Source: Chrysomallon squamiferum (lineage: Eukaryota > Animalia > Mollusca). Taken from it: a stretch of DNA of 64,000 nt. The position numbers and the translations under genes are program-made. Location of the stretch: NCBI GenBank assembly GCA_012295275.1, contig CM022675.1, forward strand, positions 2,108,001 to 2,172,000, read 5' to 3'. The notes under the pieces are model-generated. The model was not told the DNA's origin and did no database searches. It saw nothing but the letters and a program-made list of their open reading frames with translations. Positions 1-21,791 of the stretch are shown here, one piece after another. Position 1 is the first letter of the stretch; the number at the start of each line of letters is the position of its first letter.

Positions 1-1719
1 ATTAATAATAAAAGACTTTGAAAAACTATAAATATATGGTTTTTTTGTTTGTTTGTTTTTTTATTTTGTGAGATAACGATGATGCAGATTATTTTTTTTT
101 TGTATTTATGTCAGGATATGATGTGACTACAATCATAAAATAGCCAATTTTACAAACTCTACAAATTATACCAATATGCAGGCATGCAATAAAACTATAT
201 CATTCATTTATATTTATTATTTTAAATGTTTTCTTTTACAATTTCTTTTAAATTTACACTCAATTATAGTTATAGGCAGGGTTTTCAGAAACTGCATATT
301 TTTCATTGAACTGTATGATATAAAATGTTAAATGCAAATTTGAATATTTGTAAAATGCTGCATGTCCATTCTTTAAATGTATATTTCTTTTAATTATGAT
401 TTGCATGTTTAATGTATGTATGGTTTATTATTATCATCAGCATGATAATATATGAAGTTATGCATGACGATCAGTATGTTGTATGTTGATATGTATATCT
501 GTGTGTATGTCCATTATTTTATATGATTGTTATAGATAAAATAGATTTAAAATAAATAAAATATAAAACAAACATACAAAGAATAAATACATATTTCCTT
601 CTGTGATGTTGAGAAAAATCAAAATATAAGCCAGTAATTGCTAAGAAAACCAAAAAATAAAATTATAATAAGGAAATAAATTAAAATGTATATTTATTAT
701 AATGCTAAATAATGAAATTAAATAAATGAATAAATCAGAGGAAAAATATCCAGTTTAGTTATTTAATAACAAAAATAAAATAACTATACCAAAAAGGTTG
801 AAGTATTATTGGTTTTCATATCAGGAAATTCTCAACATTTGTCATCCAAGTTCTGCTAAGTCAACAATCACAGCCTGCTTGTCACCTGTCTACTTAAACT
901 AGATATAACTTTTATATTTAAATGTAGCCTGCATCACATTTTTACATGAACAAGATATTACATACCAGTTTTCTTCACAGTATTTGAATATGAAACTGAT
1001 GAGCAGTAAGAAATATAGCAATTACAACACAATTGTCTAGTAGTTTTATTTTTGTATTATAATATTTTTTTAATTTTTTAATTTTACTGTGTAGTATTAA
1101 TTAACAATGTATTTTAGAATTTTTAAAATTGTTTTAAAAAAAATTGTTTTGTTATTATTAGTATTTTCTTAGATATACAGTGCATCAAATATATACATCA
1201 TAATAAGATATTTTTATGCCAGCCTGCACTTTTATATTTTATAGGTAGCACATATGAAAACAACAAATTATTATTACTATTATTATTATTAGTAGTATTA
1301 TTAGTATTATTAGTATTATAATTATTATTATTTTATTATTATTATTATTTTTTTTTTATTATTATTATAATTATTATTATTTTAGTATTATTATTAATTT
1401 TTTTTTATTATTATTATAATTATTATTATTTTATTATTAAATTTTTTTATTATTATTATTATTATTTATTTATTTACTTTATTTGTTTATTTTTATTATT
1501 TTTTGTTTCAGAACTTTACAATTAGGGAAAAAACTCCATTAAAATAGCGGCTTTAATACAGCACTATTATAATGAAGTTTTAATAATTTCTGAAATTAGC
1601 AATGTTCTTTTCTAATAAACTGTGAAACCTGATAGAATTATCATTTTATTTTTAAAATATCAGTAAAAGTATTTACATTAGTGTTAATATGGATGTTTCA
1701 TCTGAAACCAAGATTTGTT

Positions 1720-1960
1720 TCAAGCTTGACTGGTACATGATGCTGTTAAGAAGAGTTGTTTACAGCTAGACTGGTACTTAACATTGTTAACATGATTTGT
1801 TTACTGCTAGACTGGTACATAACAATGTCAACAAGCTATTATTTTCACTTAGACTGGTATATACACTGTTCACAATATTTGTATACAACTAGACTGATAC
1901 ATACTACTATTAACATGTTTTATTCTTTATTCACAAGTGGACTGCTACATCTGACAGTTC
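1720..1960. repeat. Degenerate tandem repeat of about 41 bp, core ctagactggtac, about 6 copies
   Basis: Cores near 1724, 1766, 1807, 1848, 1889 and 1937. Confidence 0.6.
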
Positions 1961-2302
1961 TGGATGTATTATGTTAAACAATAATGTAAGTCAACTTGTT
2001 TGTGTCACTGCAGTGTAACTTATTCTCTGTTTCATATTTTCAGTATTCTTTTTGTATAACTTTTTTTGAAATGAATATATTTACAAAAGTACTTTATGAC
2101 TGTTTTTTGTTATTCTTGTTGCACTTTTGTTCGTTAGATAAGAGAAAGAAAAAAAATATCTGTATAATTTCACACATACAGTCCTTTTGAAAAACAGCAA
2201 AGCACAATATTGATAGAATATAAACATGCTTCACAATGCTAAATTAAATGACATCTTTATTTTCATATTTGACTATAACGTGAAATTTTTATTTTATTTT
2301 AT

Positions 2303-2339
<37 letters not shown>

Positions 2340-2943
2340 TTAAAAAATAAATAAAAACAAAAACCCTGTCTGATATGGATCCTTTCTCTGCAGGAGTTAG
2401 GATGATGAAGTGAAGTTGTATTTTCAGATAAGTGGTGTGTGCACTACACAGAGTAATACGTTAATTCTTGAGTACATCTATCCACTCGTCATATTTCTTT
2501 GATTTCTTTGAGAGAAAAGTTTAGAAAAGGTGCGTTAGTTCTTTCATCTACATCATATAGCTCTATTTTTGTGTGAAAACAATCTGAGAGAGAAAAGTGA
2601 AGTTTAAAAAAACAATTTAACAAAAAATGAACAAGGCTGAGTAGTTTCGTTTAGAGCTGCATTAGACGTGGACTGTGAGTGCTGGGTTGGAGCACAGACA
2701 GATTTCATCTACTAGTAATTTTGTGCTTTGCTAAAATGTCCACTATTGTTTAATTTAACTTCATCACTCATAATTACAGGATCTGTAAAGGAAAAAGTGT
2801 AGGCACAAACACAACACCCATGCACGCACACACACACATGCACATACACAATAATACGCATACGCACACAAACAACATGACACAACAGAACATTAGAAAG
2901 AACGAAGAGCTTCCTTTTGTCTAATTTCTCTTTGCAGAAAGAG

Positions 2944-3143
2944 NNNNNNNNNNNNNNNNNNNNNNNNNNNNNNNNNNNNNNNNNNNNNNNNNNNNNNNNN
3001 NNNNNNNNNNNNNNNNNNNNNNNNNNNNNNNNNNNNNNNNNNNNNNNNNNNNNNNNNNNNNNNNNNNNNNNNNNNNNNNNNNNNNNNNNNNNNNNNNNNN
3101 NNNNNNNNNNNNNNNNNNNNNNNNNNNNNNNNNNNNNNNNNNN
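2944..3143. other. Assembly gap (200 N)
   Basis: Run of n characters. Copy A's expected remaining exons (SRCR3/4, rest of ZP-C, furin site, TM) are not present in 1-2943. Confidence 0.99.
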
Positions 3144-3162
3144 GTAGTTTTAACATAAACAC

Positions 3163-8871
<5,709 letters not shown>

Positions 8872-8941
8872 ATTTACTTTATACTGAAAAGAAAATTAAA
8901 TAAATAAAAAAACAAACAAAGAAACAAACAAATTAATAAAT

Positions 8942-8982
<41 letters not shown>

Positions 8983-9494
8983 ATACCTATGATGTTATAT
9001 TTTATGAATAGTATTGTGTGTATGTCTGTTTGTCTGTGTGTACCCGTCAAATATGGGTGGTTTGTGATAATCAAAGATATGTCATAAAACAATAGAGTAT
9101 TAACACAATCATTAACTGTTATGAAACATACTTTTTCTCAACATCATTATATTATAAATTTATGTTTTCTACCTACCAATATGCACCTACTTGCGTACTT
9201 ACAAACATACATACATAAACAAAAATAGTACACACAAATCTGGGGAATTTGCGCAAACTGACACCTTATCCAATATTCTAATTTGATTGCTATGTAATAG
9301 CTGGTACAGTCACTGTTCAAGTTAAACTAGCCGAGTTGTAGTGGTGAGTGTATGGACCAATCGAGAAATCAAAGTTAACAGAGCTCCTCAGTTGATGTCT
9401 TATGATCATATAGTTAGTCTTTAAAATAGCTTTTAAGATGATTTGGATACGTTTGCTGTTTCATGAGATAAATCAGAACCCATAAATTAGTTTA

Positions 9495-11055
9495 AATCAG
9501 ATGCAAAAAACGCAGATGATCTTGAATGCACTGCATGAATATATAGTAACGTGACAATATAATTACACTATAACATACACATTTACAGATGTCCTTGTAT
9601 ACGCACGTCCTGAAACTGTACAAACACATTGACTGAAGTAATGTACATATGTATTTACAGAAAGTGGACACTAAAGACGTTATGCAAATGACATTGACTG
9701 AAGTGATGTACATGTATATTTACAGAACGTGGACACAATAAAAGTTATCATAAATATTACATTGACTAAGTAATATGCATGTATATTTACTGAATGTGGA
9801 CAGTAAAAAAGGATATCATACAAATTACATTGACTGAAGTGATGTACATATGTATTTACAGAAAGTGGACACTAAACAAGTTATACAAATTACACTAACT
9901 GAAGTAATGTACATGTATATTTACAGAAAGTGGACACTAAAGAAGTTATACAAATTACACTAACTGAAGTAATGTACATGTATATTTACAGAAAGTGGAC
10001 ACTAAACAAGTTATACAAATTACATTGACTGAAGTAATGTACATGTATATTTACAGAACGTGGACACTAATGAAGTTATAAAACAAGTTTACAGGCAACG
10101 GATGGAACAAATTTATCAAAGTAAAATGCGTGCTAATGTATATAAAAGTGAGTACAATTGTCCATTGAATAACGTGCTTACATATAAATAATGCGTAGAG
10201 ATATGTAAACTGATCTTCCTGCAAATGTACAGAAGTCAAACATGCACATTTACTGAAGTAATGAATCTGGACATGTAAGCACACATTCACTGAATAAACG
10301 TACATACAAATGTACGCCCGCAGACACATATATTTGTTCCTGTACAAGTATATAGAAAGTGTACACATTTATTTTAAGCAGTGATATACATACAAATGTA
10401 TAGAAGGAATACATACATTTTTGAAGTAGGATACTTAGAAATACCTTGAAAATGTCGATATACATTTACTGACGTAGCATACATACACATATATAGAAAG
10501 TGTACACACATGTATTGATGTCGCATATATACACATATAGGGAAATATCCACATACATTTATTGACGTACGATACATAAAATACATAGAAACAGGCAACA
10601 TACATTCACCAAAGTAGTATACGTACAGATATATAGAAAGATGAACTGCACGTTCCTTGTTTATTGTAACACTCCAAGTAAACCGTTTTCCTCTCTTACA
10701 CTGTGTTATCTGTTTGAAAAGAAATATAAAAATGTGTATTAAGATGAGATTTGCTCTATTTATATGATAACCAAAAAAAATTAAAAAAAATAAAAATAAA
10801 AATAAAAAGTTATTTCCATTTAAATCGTGTATGATACGCTTCACTAGTGTTACCGAAACATTTCATATATCTCTTCTCTTTCTTCTTCTTCTTCTTCTTC
10901 TTCTTGTAATGATATGTCATATAAACAACGATATAAACAGAAATAACAATATATGACTTGAATTATTGTTCTGACACATTCTGCGCTTGTCGAACAAGAT
11001 ACCAATTAAAAACATCTTTCTATCTATCTATCTATGAATACACACACACATACAC

Positions 11056-11126
<71 letters not shown>

Positions 11127-11600
11127 TTGACGAAAGCCTAGAGAAATAAGATGATTATTTATTTATTTATTTAAGTTCAAGTCTGGACACACGTTACCTC
11201 TACATAACTAGCATTCTACCAAGAACGTATACACATATATTGTCTGTATGTCTTTTTGTATGTATGTATGTATATGTGCTCAGATGATTTTATGTATGCC
11301 TGTACTTGTGTCCTAGACTTAACTTTAAAAGCAACCACAAATATAAGCTTTCTTCTTTCTCCAAAAACTTAGTACGTATTGTTATTCATGCGTATCTGTG
11401 CTTCTGGAGCACTAGACGTCAGTGACCGTGCTTGAATACGTACCAGCCTAGCCCAGTGTCATTTTTATTTTCTTTCTTCTCTTATAAAGAACTGAGGGAT
11501 AGCTGCGTCTTACGCCCCGAGCGTAAATAATCGATGTGTATAAAACATCATTTTCTATTCAGTCTATTCAAATATGTGTGTTTTGTGTGTGTGTGTGTGT
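9495..11600. repeat. Upstream flank of copy A, duplicated at about 55305-58520 upstream of copy B
   Basis: Long near-identical blocks: 10050-10890 vs 56605-57450, and 10960-11580 vs 57880-58510. Confidence 0.9.
9625..10080. repeat. 65-bp minisatellite, about 7 units
   Basis: Unit ttacagaaagtggacactaaagaagttatacaaattacattgactgaagtaatgtacatgtatat; period 65 measured from 9921 to 9986. Confidence 0.9.
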
Positions 11601-11615
11601 ATGAGAGAGAGAGAG

Positions 11616-11732
<117 letters not shown>

Positions 11733-12029
11733 AAATACATCCTATATACTAGTCATATATACTTAGTGTTTGCTTTTTTTGCGTCTGTCCATATATACGT
11801 TTGTGGTTTAAGTGAGTATATCTGTATTTATGTTAGTTCGTAGAAGAGTGTAAATGTTTATGTTTGTGGGTGTTTAAAGTAGTATACCAATGATTAGCAA
11901 AATACTGTCATAAATACTGTGTGGATATGTCAGTAAATTGGCAGACATTTTAAAAAAATGTTTTATTATTTGTTTATGTAGGATACCGTTAAGGTTAAAA
12001 TCAGTCAGAAATACCTAAACGTCTGTTAC

Positions 12030-12216
12030 TTGATGCGTGACAAGTGAAGGAAAACAGCGAGTGTTGTTGTGAAAGTGGAGTACCAGTCTAGAGGAGCAGT
12101 GATGTGTTACACGTGTTTTTATGTTAGTTGATGCATGACAAGTGAAAGAAAACAGCGAGTGATGTTGTGAGAGTGGAGTACTAGTCTAGATGAACATTGA
12201 TGTGTTACACGTGTTT
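12030..12216. repeat. Two-copy tandem duplication of about 99 bp
   Basis: tgatgc[g/a]tgacaagtgaa[g/a]gaaaacagcgagtg...gatgtgttacacgtgttt occurs at about 12031 and 12130. Confidence 0.85.
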
Positions 12217-12331
12217 GTATAGCTTTGTGACCCTAATCAGAGAGATGTCAAACGAGTCACGTTTCTTCATACTTTGTTCAAAGCGTTTTAAAAACTTCAT
12301 CTATAAAGAAACATAATAATAATAATAATAA

Positions 12332-12370
<39 letters not shown>

Positions 12371-13699
12371 AATAACGAAAGAAATAATTTCCTTATAGAA
12401 AAGGCAGAAATTTATTCACAGACGTGATCAACATTACATTTGGAATAATGCAGGTTATCAAGATCTTGCATTAAAATGTTGTGGACATAAAATTTGATTT
12501 TGAAAAAAAAAAAAAAAAAAAAATAAGATTACTAAATAGACAAATAAAAGGACACATAGATAGCTAGATAGATAAATAGATTGGCAGATAGATGGACAAT
12601 TGATAGGTAGATGGATATATATAGCGATAAAGAGATAAATAGCGAGACATAGAGCTAGACAGGTAGATAGATTGACAGACAGACAGACGCTGAGACAGAC
12701 ATATCGATAGATAGACATTTATCGAAAATGGATTGAACAACAAGATTCTGATATGTATTTATGCGTGTATGAGTGTATGTGTGCATGGTTGCGTATGTGT
12801 CTGTGAGTTTGGACATATGCAAAATATGTGTGTGTGTGTGTGTGTGTGTGTTTGTCTCTGTGCATCTGTGTATTATATTTATGTACGCCTCTGTGTTAAA
12901 ACAGACAGCAGAATCGTGTTTACGATAACAATTTTCACTTCTAAGACATGATTATAAACAGGTTTTTTTTTGTAAGTAAAAAAAAAAATGTAAGTAAATA
13001 TCTTGTGTAAGGCAGCTGTATAAACGTATACAAATATTTTATAGTAAGTTAAGCTGCCCTTGTCAAAGACATTAAAATATAACAAAAATCACTGGTTGAG
13101 AGATATCACTGGTTGAGAGATATATAAAAAACTAACTTTTTATTCTGAATAGCGTATACACTATTCATCTGAAAATACAACTTTGTGTCACACCCAAACA
13201 CCCGCAGAGATAATGTGTATATATGTCAGGACATAGATAGCATCAAACTTAATGTAACGTCGTAATGTATATTCAAAGTACTTGAGTACAGTCTGAAAGC
13301 TCTCACAATCTATGCAGAAACTTTATGATGTCATACAAAAAAATATTTTTATTATTATTGTTATTATTATTATTATTATTATTATTACAAACTCACAGAC
13401 ATACATACATAAAGTCGCGCACATTATTATATTTAAGTTAAAACAATCGAGACTGAAAAGAAATAATAAAAGTAAAACATTAATGTATCAGATAATATTT
13501 GTTTGTTGACGTACAACAAGCGAGTGAAAAACACAGCGTGGAAGACGTGTAATAGAGTAGATAAGCAGTGAGGCATCGCCAGTGTGTTTATATTAGTACA
13601 CTACAACAATCTAGTCAAACGTTGTCAAACTAGTTTTCTTAATACTTTCTTCAAAACAGTTTTAAAATTTCACTGACAAAATATGAGCTGCTTTTATCG

Positions 13700-14483
13700 T
13701 AAAATATTAATGCCATAAGAAAATTAAAACACACACACACACACATACAGAACAGAAGCCAACAAACAGCAAGCCATACACGACCAGTGAAGCATTTTCG
13801 TAGAGCAGTAGACGCGAGATGTCTCGAGGTAAAACTGTTTGTATGTCTAACAAAAACTACGAGATTCGATGTATTATTATCTACACACAAATGTGAGACT
13901 TACTCTCGTAACGCCTGCAAGAGTTAGGTAATCTTAGGACGATGTTTGAGTCTCTTTTCTTAATATTTTCAAAAGCACAATTAAAAATATCTGTAAAGTA
14001 TCATCTTGTGTCTTAAAAATAAATAAATAATTAAATTAATCCAAAAAAAGTATCATAGATAATTAACATATAATAATAAAATGAATTGAAAATAATAATA
14101 AAAAATAGCTCTAACTAAACTCAACTGAAATGAAATAGAATATACTGAAATGAACAGCAATAACAAACTGAAAGACAGATGCATAGATAGACACACATAA
14201 AACAGAATTATAAAGAAGTAGATAAATGCATAGATGTATACACTGAAAGTGTAGGTTGGTAGGTAGGTAGGTAGTCGAATATGATTTACATAGTCACCCA
14301 GATAACCAGATTTAAAAAATAAAAAATATCATACAAAATTAACAAGCATAAAGAAATAAGTTTTGGAGGAAAATGTCAAGATGATCTTCAGACGCAGGTG
14401 ACTCAGTTTGACAGTTTAACTATTTTTGTACGTCCATGACATACATAAAACAGCTCAAAAGTGTTTGTCATAATACTTAGTGG

Positions 14484-14567
<84 letters not shown>

Positions 14568-15085
14568 CGCAGTACTAATATCCTAAATATATAAATAACA
14601 CAGATACATTTAGACTAAGGTAAAGAAGAATAAAATAGAAGAGAAGAGAAGAAAATAAATAAACAATTTTTGTTGTACTGATCCTTTTTTATATTTCCTT
14701 CTATGTTAGGCAAATTATGTTTTATTTATCATCAAACTAAAAGTAATAAAATTCAATAAAAATAAAATAAAATAAAATAAAATATCATTCTTATTCTGGA
14801 CTTTAAGAAAGAAAACAAACAATGAGAAAAGACGTTACATAGAATTATGTACCATCATATATTCACTGGTCCAAAAGGAATCTTACACAAACACAAACAC
14901 ACACACGCACGCTGTAATTAAGTTTTTGATCTGATATTTAGTTGGTTATTATTATTTTAATCGTTTATTGATGCTGTCGTTACCATTACAATTACTGTTA
15001 CTATTATTACTGCTACTACTGCATACTGTCAAACATGATTAACATAACCATTGAGGTAACGAAAACAAAATAAAATAAAATAACA

Positions 15086-15132
<47 letters not shown>

Positions 15133-15385
15133 ACAAATTAGACCAGAAAAAGTGTCATACAAAATTGACATATAATAATAAAATACATTGAAAAAATAAG
15201 AATAAGGCTAACTAAACGAAATTGAAATGAAATAGAAAAATATGGAATGAACAGGAATAACAAACTGACAAACAGAGGTGTAGATAAACACAGAGAAAAC
15301 TGAATTATAAAGAGGTAGGCAGATGCATAGATGTATACAGGTTCGTAGATAAGTACTTAGTCAAGCATGATTAAAGTAACCAGAT

Positions 15386-15457
<72 letters not shown>

Positions 15458-15658
15458 ATACAGAATTAACACTCATAATAAAATACACTTTGGAGGAGAA
15501 TGTCAAGATGTTCATCACACACAGCTGACTGAGAGTGAATGTTTTACTTTAATTTTATTTAAATCAGCCTTGATGACAAACGCGATAGAAACGAATATAT
15601 CACTATATTTTTCTACGTCCCCGAGACACATAACATTTCTCAAAAGTGTTTGTCATAA

Positions 15659-15756
<98 letters not shown>

Positions 15757-18700
15757 GTAATCATAGTCTAAATATATAAATCCCACAGGTAAATCTACAC
15801 TGAGCTAGAGTAGAATAAAATAGAATAGAGGGGAAGAAATAAATAAACAATTTTAATTGTACTGAGGTTTTTTTTATATTTCCTCTGTGTTTGGCAAACT
15901 ATGTTTTATTTTTCATCAAACTAAAATTGATAAAATGGAACAAAAATACAGTAAAATAAAATAAAACAGTAAATACAAATATATTACTCACTGATGTCGA
16001 TGAAACATGGTGTTAAAATAAATTAATAAATAATAAACTTTTCTACTTGAAATAATATCACAAAACAAAGATTACATGTTAACAGTTACATTCAAGTATT
16101 AATTCTTTGTTTTCTACTGTGATGTTAATTGACTGTTTACACCATTCGTCTGAAAATACAATTTCGTGTCATCTCGTAATCCCCGCTACGATAAGATGTG
16201 TTTTCTTTACTCTGTACTCAAACATCAGAAGATCTAATTATCACAAAACTTTATTTATTGTCGTGTTGTTAATTGACTGTTTACATGAAATGTCTGCAAG
16301 CTCTCAGAGACAGTCTGTGTATTAACTTATGTCATTTTATCATTCTTATTCTGGACTTTAAGAAAGAAAACAAACAATGAGAAAAAATGTTATAGAGAAG
16401 TATATATTATCATATATTGACTGGTACAAAATGAGTCTTAGTATTAACATTAGTTTTAGAGTATCAGTAGTTGTACTGGTTGTAGTAGTAGTTGTAGCAG
16501 CAGTGTGTACATTCTGTGCTCTATTAAATAAGTTGAAACTGTGAATTAATTTACTGTAACATACATCGGTTTCAAAATGCAACAATATGGCAGACATGTT
16601 TGTGGACTACATTTAAAAAGAGACAAAACTAACACAGATCTCTGCTGATGAGTAACAAGACAGATTTCAGTCGTCACAGATCAGTGCTCTGAGCGTTGCT
16701 GGTGTTTTTTATGCTGTTACAGGTTGGTGACTTTAAGAAATTTCAAATCTGTTTACTCTTTACTTAGTACATTCTTCAAAATAGTGTTACACATTCACCG
16801 AAAAGTCTCATCATCTTTTTACGGATAAAAGTCCTGGAACATTAATAATACTAATAAAAACAAATAGTAAAGATGACAATAAAATATTTGACTCATTTCT
16901 CATTTCAGTATTATTTTGTGTTAATACAAAAGAAAACTACTATTTCAATTTGCATGATTATTAATGTTGATGCCTCTACCACAACTTCTGTTATTTCTAC
17001 TACTACTACTACTACTGCTACTACTACTACTGCTATTACTACTACTACTAATACTAATAGTATTACCACTACTACTACTAATCTTAATGATAACAATAAT
17101 AGCAATAACAATAACAACAACAACAATCAAATAAATCATAGTTTAGTTTATGCGTGTGTGTGCGTGTTTATACATATACGCCACACACACACAAACAAAC
17201 ACACACACACACTGTAATCAGTTTTTTTATTGGTATATTTTTTGGTTATTATTATTTTAATCGTTTATTTCTATTGCCGTTACCATTACAACTACTGTTA
17301 CTATTGCATATTGTCAAGCATGATTAACATAACCTATCAGGCAACGAAAACAAAATAAAATAAAATAAAATAAATGAATAAATGAATAAATAAATAAATA
17401 AATAAATTAGACCAAAAAGTTGCCATTGAGAATTAACATATAATAATAAAATGCATTGAAAAAAAAAAATAACGCTAACTAAACTAAGTTGAAATGGAAT
17501 AGAAAATATTGAAATGAGCAGGAATAAGAAACTGATAAACAAAGGTGTAGATAGACATATAGAAAGCAGAATTGTAAAGAGGTAGCTACATCCATAGATG
17601 TATACAGTGAAGCAGTGTAGGTTGGTATGTAGGTAGGTAGTCAAGCACGATTAACGTAGCTACCCAGGTAACCAGATTCAAAAATATAAAAAATAAAGTA
17701 TGTCATACAGAATGAACATACATGATAAAATACAGTATGGAGGAAAATGTCTAGATGGTCTTCACACATAGATGACTCACAGTGAATATTTGACTTTACT
17801 TTAATTTACATCAGCCTTGGTGGTTAACTGGGTTAGAGTGAAAGTTTAACTATTTTTGTACGTCCATGACATACATAAAACAGCTCAAAAGTGTTTGTCA
17901 TAATACTTAGTGAAATGTTAGGCAAATTATATTTTATTTATCATCAAACTAAAAGTAATAAAATGCAATAAAAATAAAATAAAATAAAATAAAATAATAA
18001 ATACAAATATATTACTCACTAATGTGGCTGAAACAATGTGTAAAAATAAATTAATAAATAATAAACTTTTCTACTTGAAATAATATCACAAAAGAAACAG
18101 TACATGCTAACAGATACATTCAAGTATTAATTCTTTGTTTTCTACTGTGATGTTAATTGACTGTTTACACCATTCGTCTGAAAATACAATTTCGTGTCAT
18201 CTCGTAATCCCCGCTACGATAAGATGTGTTTTCTTTACTCTGTACTCAAACATCAGACGATCTAATTATGACAAAACTTTATTTATTGTCGTGTTGTTAA
18301 TTGACTGTTTACATGAAATGTCTGCAACCTGTCAGAGACAATCTGTGTAATAACTTATGTCATTGTACAGTTCTTATTCTGAACTTTAAGAAAGAAAACA
18401 AACAATGAGAAAAGAGGTTATAGAGAAGTATATATTATCATATATTGACTGGTACAAAATGAGTGTTAGTATTAGCATTAGTATTAGAGTATCAGTAGTA
18501 GTAGTGGCTGTAGTAGTATAATTCTAAGATTGCCTAAACTCATCCATGTGTTATGATAGTAAGTCTCCCGTTTTGTATAGATAATAATACATCGATTGTT
18601 GTAGCTGTTGTTAGAGACACACACACAGATTTAACTCCATACATCTCGAGTCTACTGCCCTACGGACATGCTTCACTGGTCGAGTAGGTGTTATTTCTTG

Positions 18701-18970
18701 GTTTGTACCTGTATGTGTGTGTGTGTGTGTGCGTGTGTGTGTGCGTGTGGGTATATCTTATTTAGCCCTTGGTACACATTTTGCATGCTTAAATTTATTT
18801 ATTTATTTATCTTTCTATCTATATACATGTCTGTCAGTGTAACCATTTATGTCTTTTAATCCGTCCATCCTTGTGACTGTTTGTTACCGCATAACAGCAG
18901 CCTTGTCCGCAAGCATCATTTACTTAAGTTGTGCGAGGAGACATAATTTATTCTCATTGATATTGTTATG

Positions 18971-19009
<39 letters not shown>

Positions 19010-19028
19010 CTGTTATTTATATATATTT

Positions 19029-19059
<31 letters not shown>

Positions 19060-20500
19060 TATATACAGCAAGAGCGATAGATTATGTATATATATGTATG
19101 TAGGGACACATACGAAGATAAACACACGCACGAACACAGGTACAAACGAACTAATAGCAACGCCTACTCGACCAGTGAAGCATCTCTGTAGGGCAGTAGA
19201 CTCGAGATGTATGGAGTTAAATCTGTTTCTGTGTTTCTAACAACAGCTACAACACTCGATGTATTATTATCTACACTAATGTCAGACTTACTCTCGTAAC
19301 AAACGTAAATAAACGTCAAAGCTAATGTCCTTTTTCTTAGTATTTTCTAATACTCTTTAAATATCATTGCAAAATGTCATCTATTAGTTAGAAAAGAATG
19401 AAAATGATAATAATAATAAAAGAAAGAGAAAGAAAAGTAAAAAGTAGAAAAACAAAATAATAATAAATAAATAAATTAAACAAACAAAAAAGTAACCAAC
19501 TAGAAAGGAACGAAAGTAAAATAAAAGGACAACAAATAAATATAATGACCAAAAAGAATAATAATAACAATAACAACAAGATGAAAAAAGACAATAAATA
19601 GGTAGGTAGATAAATGAATGGAAGAGGAACGGGAGAAGAGATGTAATCACAAAACGTTGGGTAGATATTTAGTTACACACTTAGGTAGAAAATAGTAAGT
19701 AGGTACTTGCGTAGATGGTAGTGTCCATTGGTCATTAATGCAAAACGAAGATATAATCTATTCATTGTTTATTCATACGAATACTACTAATATTACTACT
19801 ACTGCTGCTACTACCCTTACTAATATAACTAGAACTACTACTGCTTCTAGTGAAATATAATTAACTACCAGAATAACAAAAATGAAAGAAAAAATAAATA
19901 AGTAAATAAAGTAAAATAAACACTTGTCATACAGAATTAAGACACATAATAAAATACACAACGGAGGAGAATGTCAAGATGTTCGTCACTCACAGCTGAC
20001 TGAGAGTCAAAGTTTTACTTTAATTTCATTTATATCAGCTTTGATGGGCAAACTGAATTCAAACAAATATATCGTGTTATTTATGTTCGACTACGGGATA
20101 AGTAAATTCAAAAAAAAATTTTTCTTATAAATCTTAATAATAGAGAAAAAATAAATATAAGTAGAAACAATAATTCAAAAAATATATAATTAACACTAAA
20201 CTAAAGTAAAGAAGAACAGAATACAATAAAAAACGTAGATATGTAGATAAATGAATAGACAGATGGGTAGAAATGTTTCTAAATAGAACACATGATAAAA
20301 CGTAGGTAGGAAGGTTTGTAGTATTACTGCTATTACTAGTATTACTATTACTTCTAATACATATATTACCATTACTATTGCTGCAATTGCACAACTTAAG
20401 TAAATGATGCTGGCGGACAAGGCTGCTTTATCCGGTAACAAAGAGTCACAACGATGGACGAAAGGAAAGATTGAAAGACACGTATATAACAAGACGGTGG
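13700..20500. repeat. Older and dispersed copies of the same macro-repeat components, plus a local duplication (15880-16500 vs 17915-18510)
   Basis: Block ggagga[g/a]aatgtc[a/t]agatg at about 14365, 15492, 17739 and 19963; core block at 13770, 18520 (inverted) and 19140; near-identical ORFs at 16107 and 18135. Confidence 0.8.
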
Positions 20501-21694
20501 ATTTACTGTAACACAATACAAATATGTAGAATATGAATATACAGAATTTGAAAAAAAAAAAACAAAACAAACAAACAAAAATCATTATTAAATTAACTAT
20601 TATTATTATTATTATTACGTCTGTCTCTATTAAGGTTTTTATAAAGATAACTGGATGGTCCAGATTTGATAAGATATCCCTGGAAATAAGATTTCTTCAA
20701 AAACTTTAACATTGCTAGATTCGGACTAGATACTGTTAACTATCTGGAAATGTTAAAAAAAGATCAAAATAATAAAAAATAAAAAATAAATAAATAATGA
20801 ATAAATAAAAAGGCGGCGTTTTTTGTTTCTTTTTTTCACCTGGGATTTAATATCTTTCTATCTGAACAAACATAATTCTCTTTTTGAATAATAATTTAGT
20901 AAAAAGTCTTTAGATTTGCTACAATATGTATAAATTATATTGCATTAAGCTGATCAAAATTACGCATAATTTACATATTATATTATTTTTACAACATGAT
21001 TTTATTTCTTATCTTTTTTATCAATCGTTTTAATTATTTCTAATTTAGGATATCGCCTACATGTTTGTCATCACCATTCGAAAGTAGATCATGTAGTACA
21101 TACCTGACTACAAAAATGTGTACGAGAGTCTGAACTGAACTTTATTTTTACACGCAATTAATACCAATATATCTGTAGCTATCTGCATCATCAACTTTGA
21201 TTTTATCAGATCAAAAACACTTTCACCCTTTTTACAGTTTACTATCAGTTTAAATTTCATGCAGTAATGATTTTTGCATATCTTGGTAATTATTATTTAT
21301 TTAAAACTGAATTCTTTTGTTTTAAACTCTGTTAAGACTAGACTGCAGAACTGAACAACAGCAACCTCAGCATAAACAAAAATCAAGAACTGAGGTAATA
21401 CTATATCTGCTGATACGTCTTTTGTTACATAGAGAATATACATACATACATTTGATAAAGTCAGATGCATGATAATGTACAGACAACACAAACATATTAA
21501 CTGAAGTAAGGTAACGTGAACCTACCTTGTTTCTTGTGACACTCACAAATGAAGCTTTGTCCTCACTTACACAGTTCAATGTGTTTAGAATAAAACATAA
21601 AACTGCATCTCACGATGTGTTTAGCTGTATTTATATGGTAAGCACAAAGAAACCATCTTGTCCAATGAATAACTGGTTTAACTATTGCATCATA

Positions 21695-21791
<97 letters not shown>

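Noticed and set aside
1-2300. Possible 3' UTR or intron of a neighbouring gene
   Set aside because: No ORF, splice pattern or RNA-gene motif that I can support from the sequence alone.
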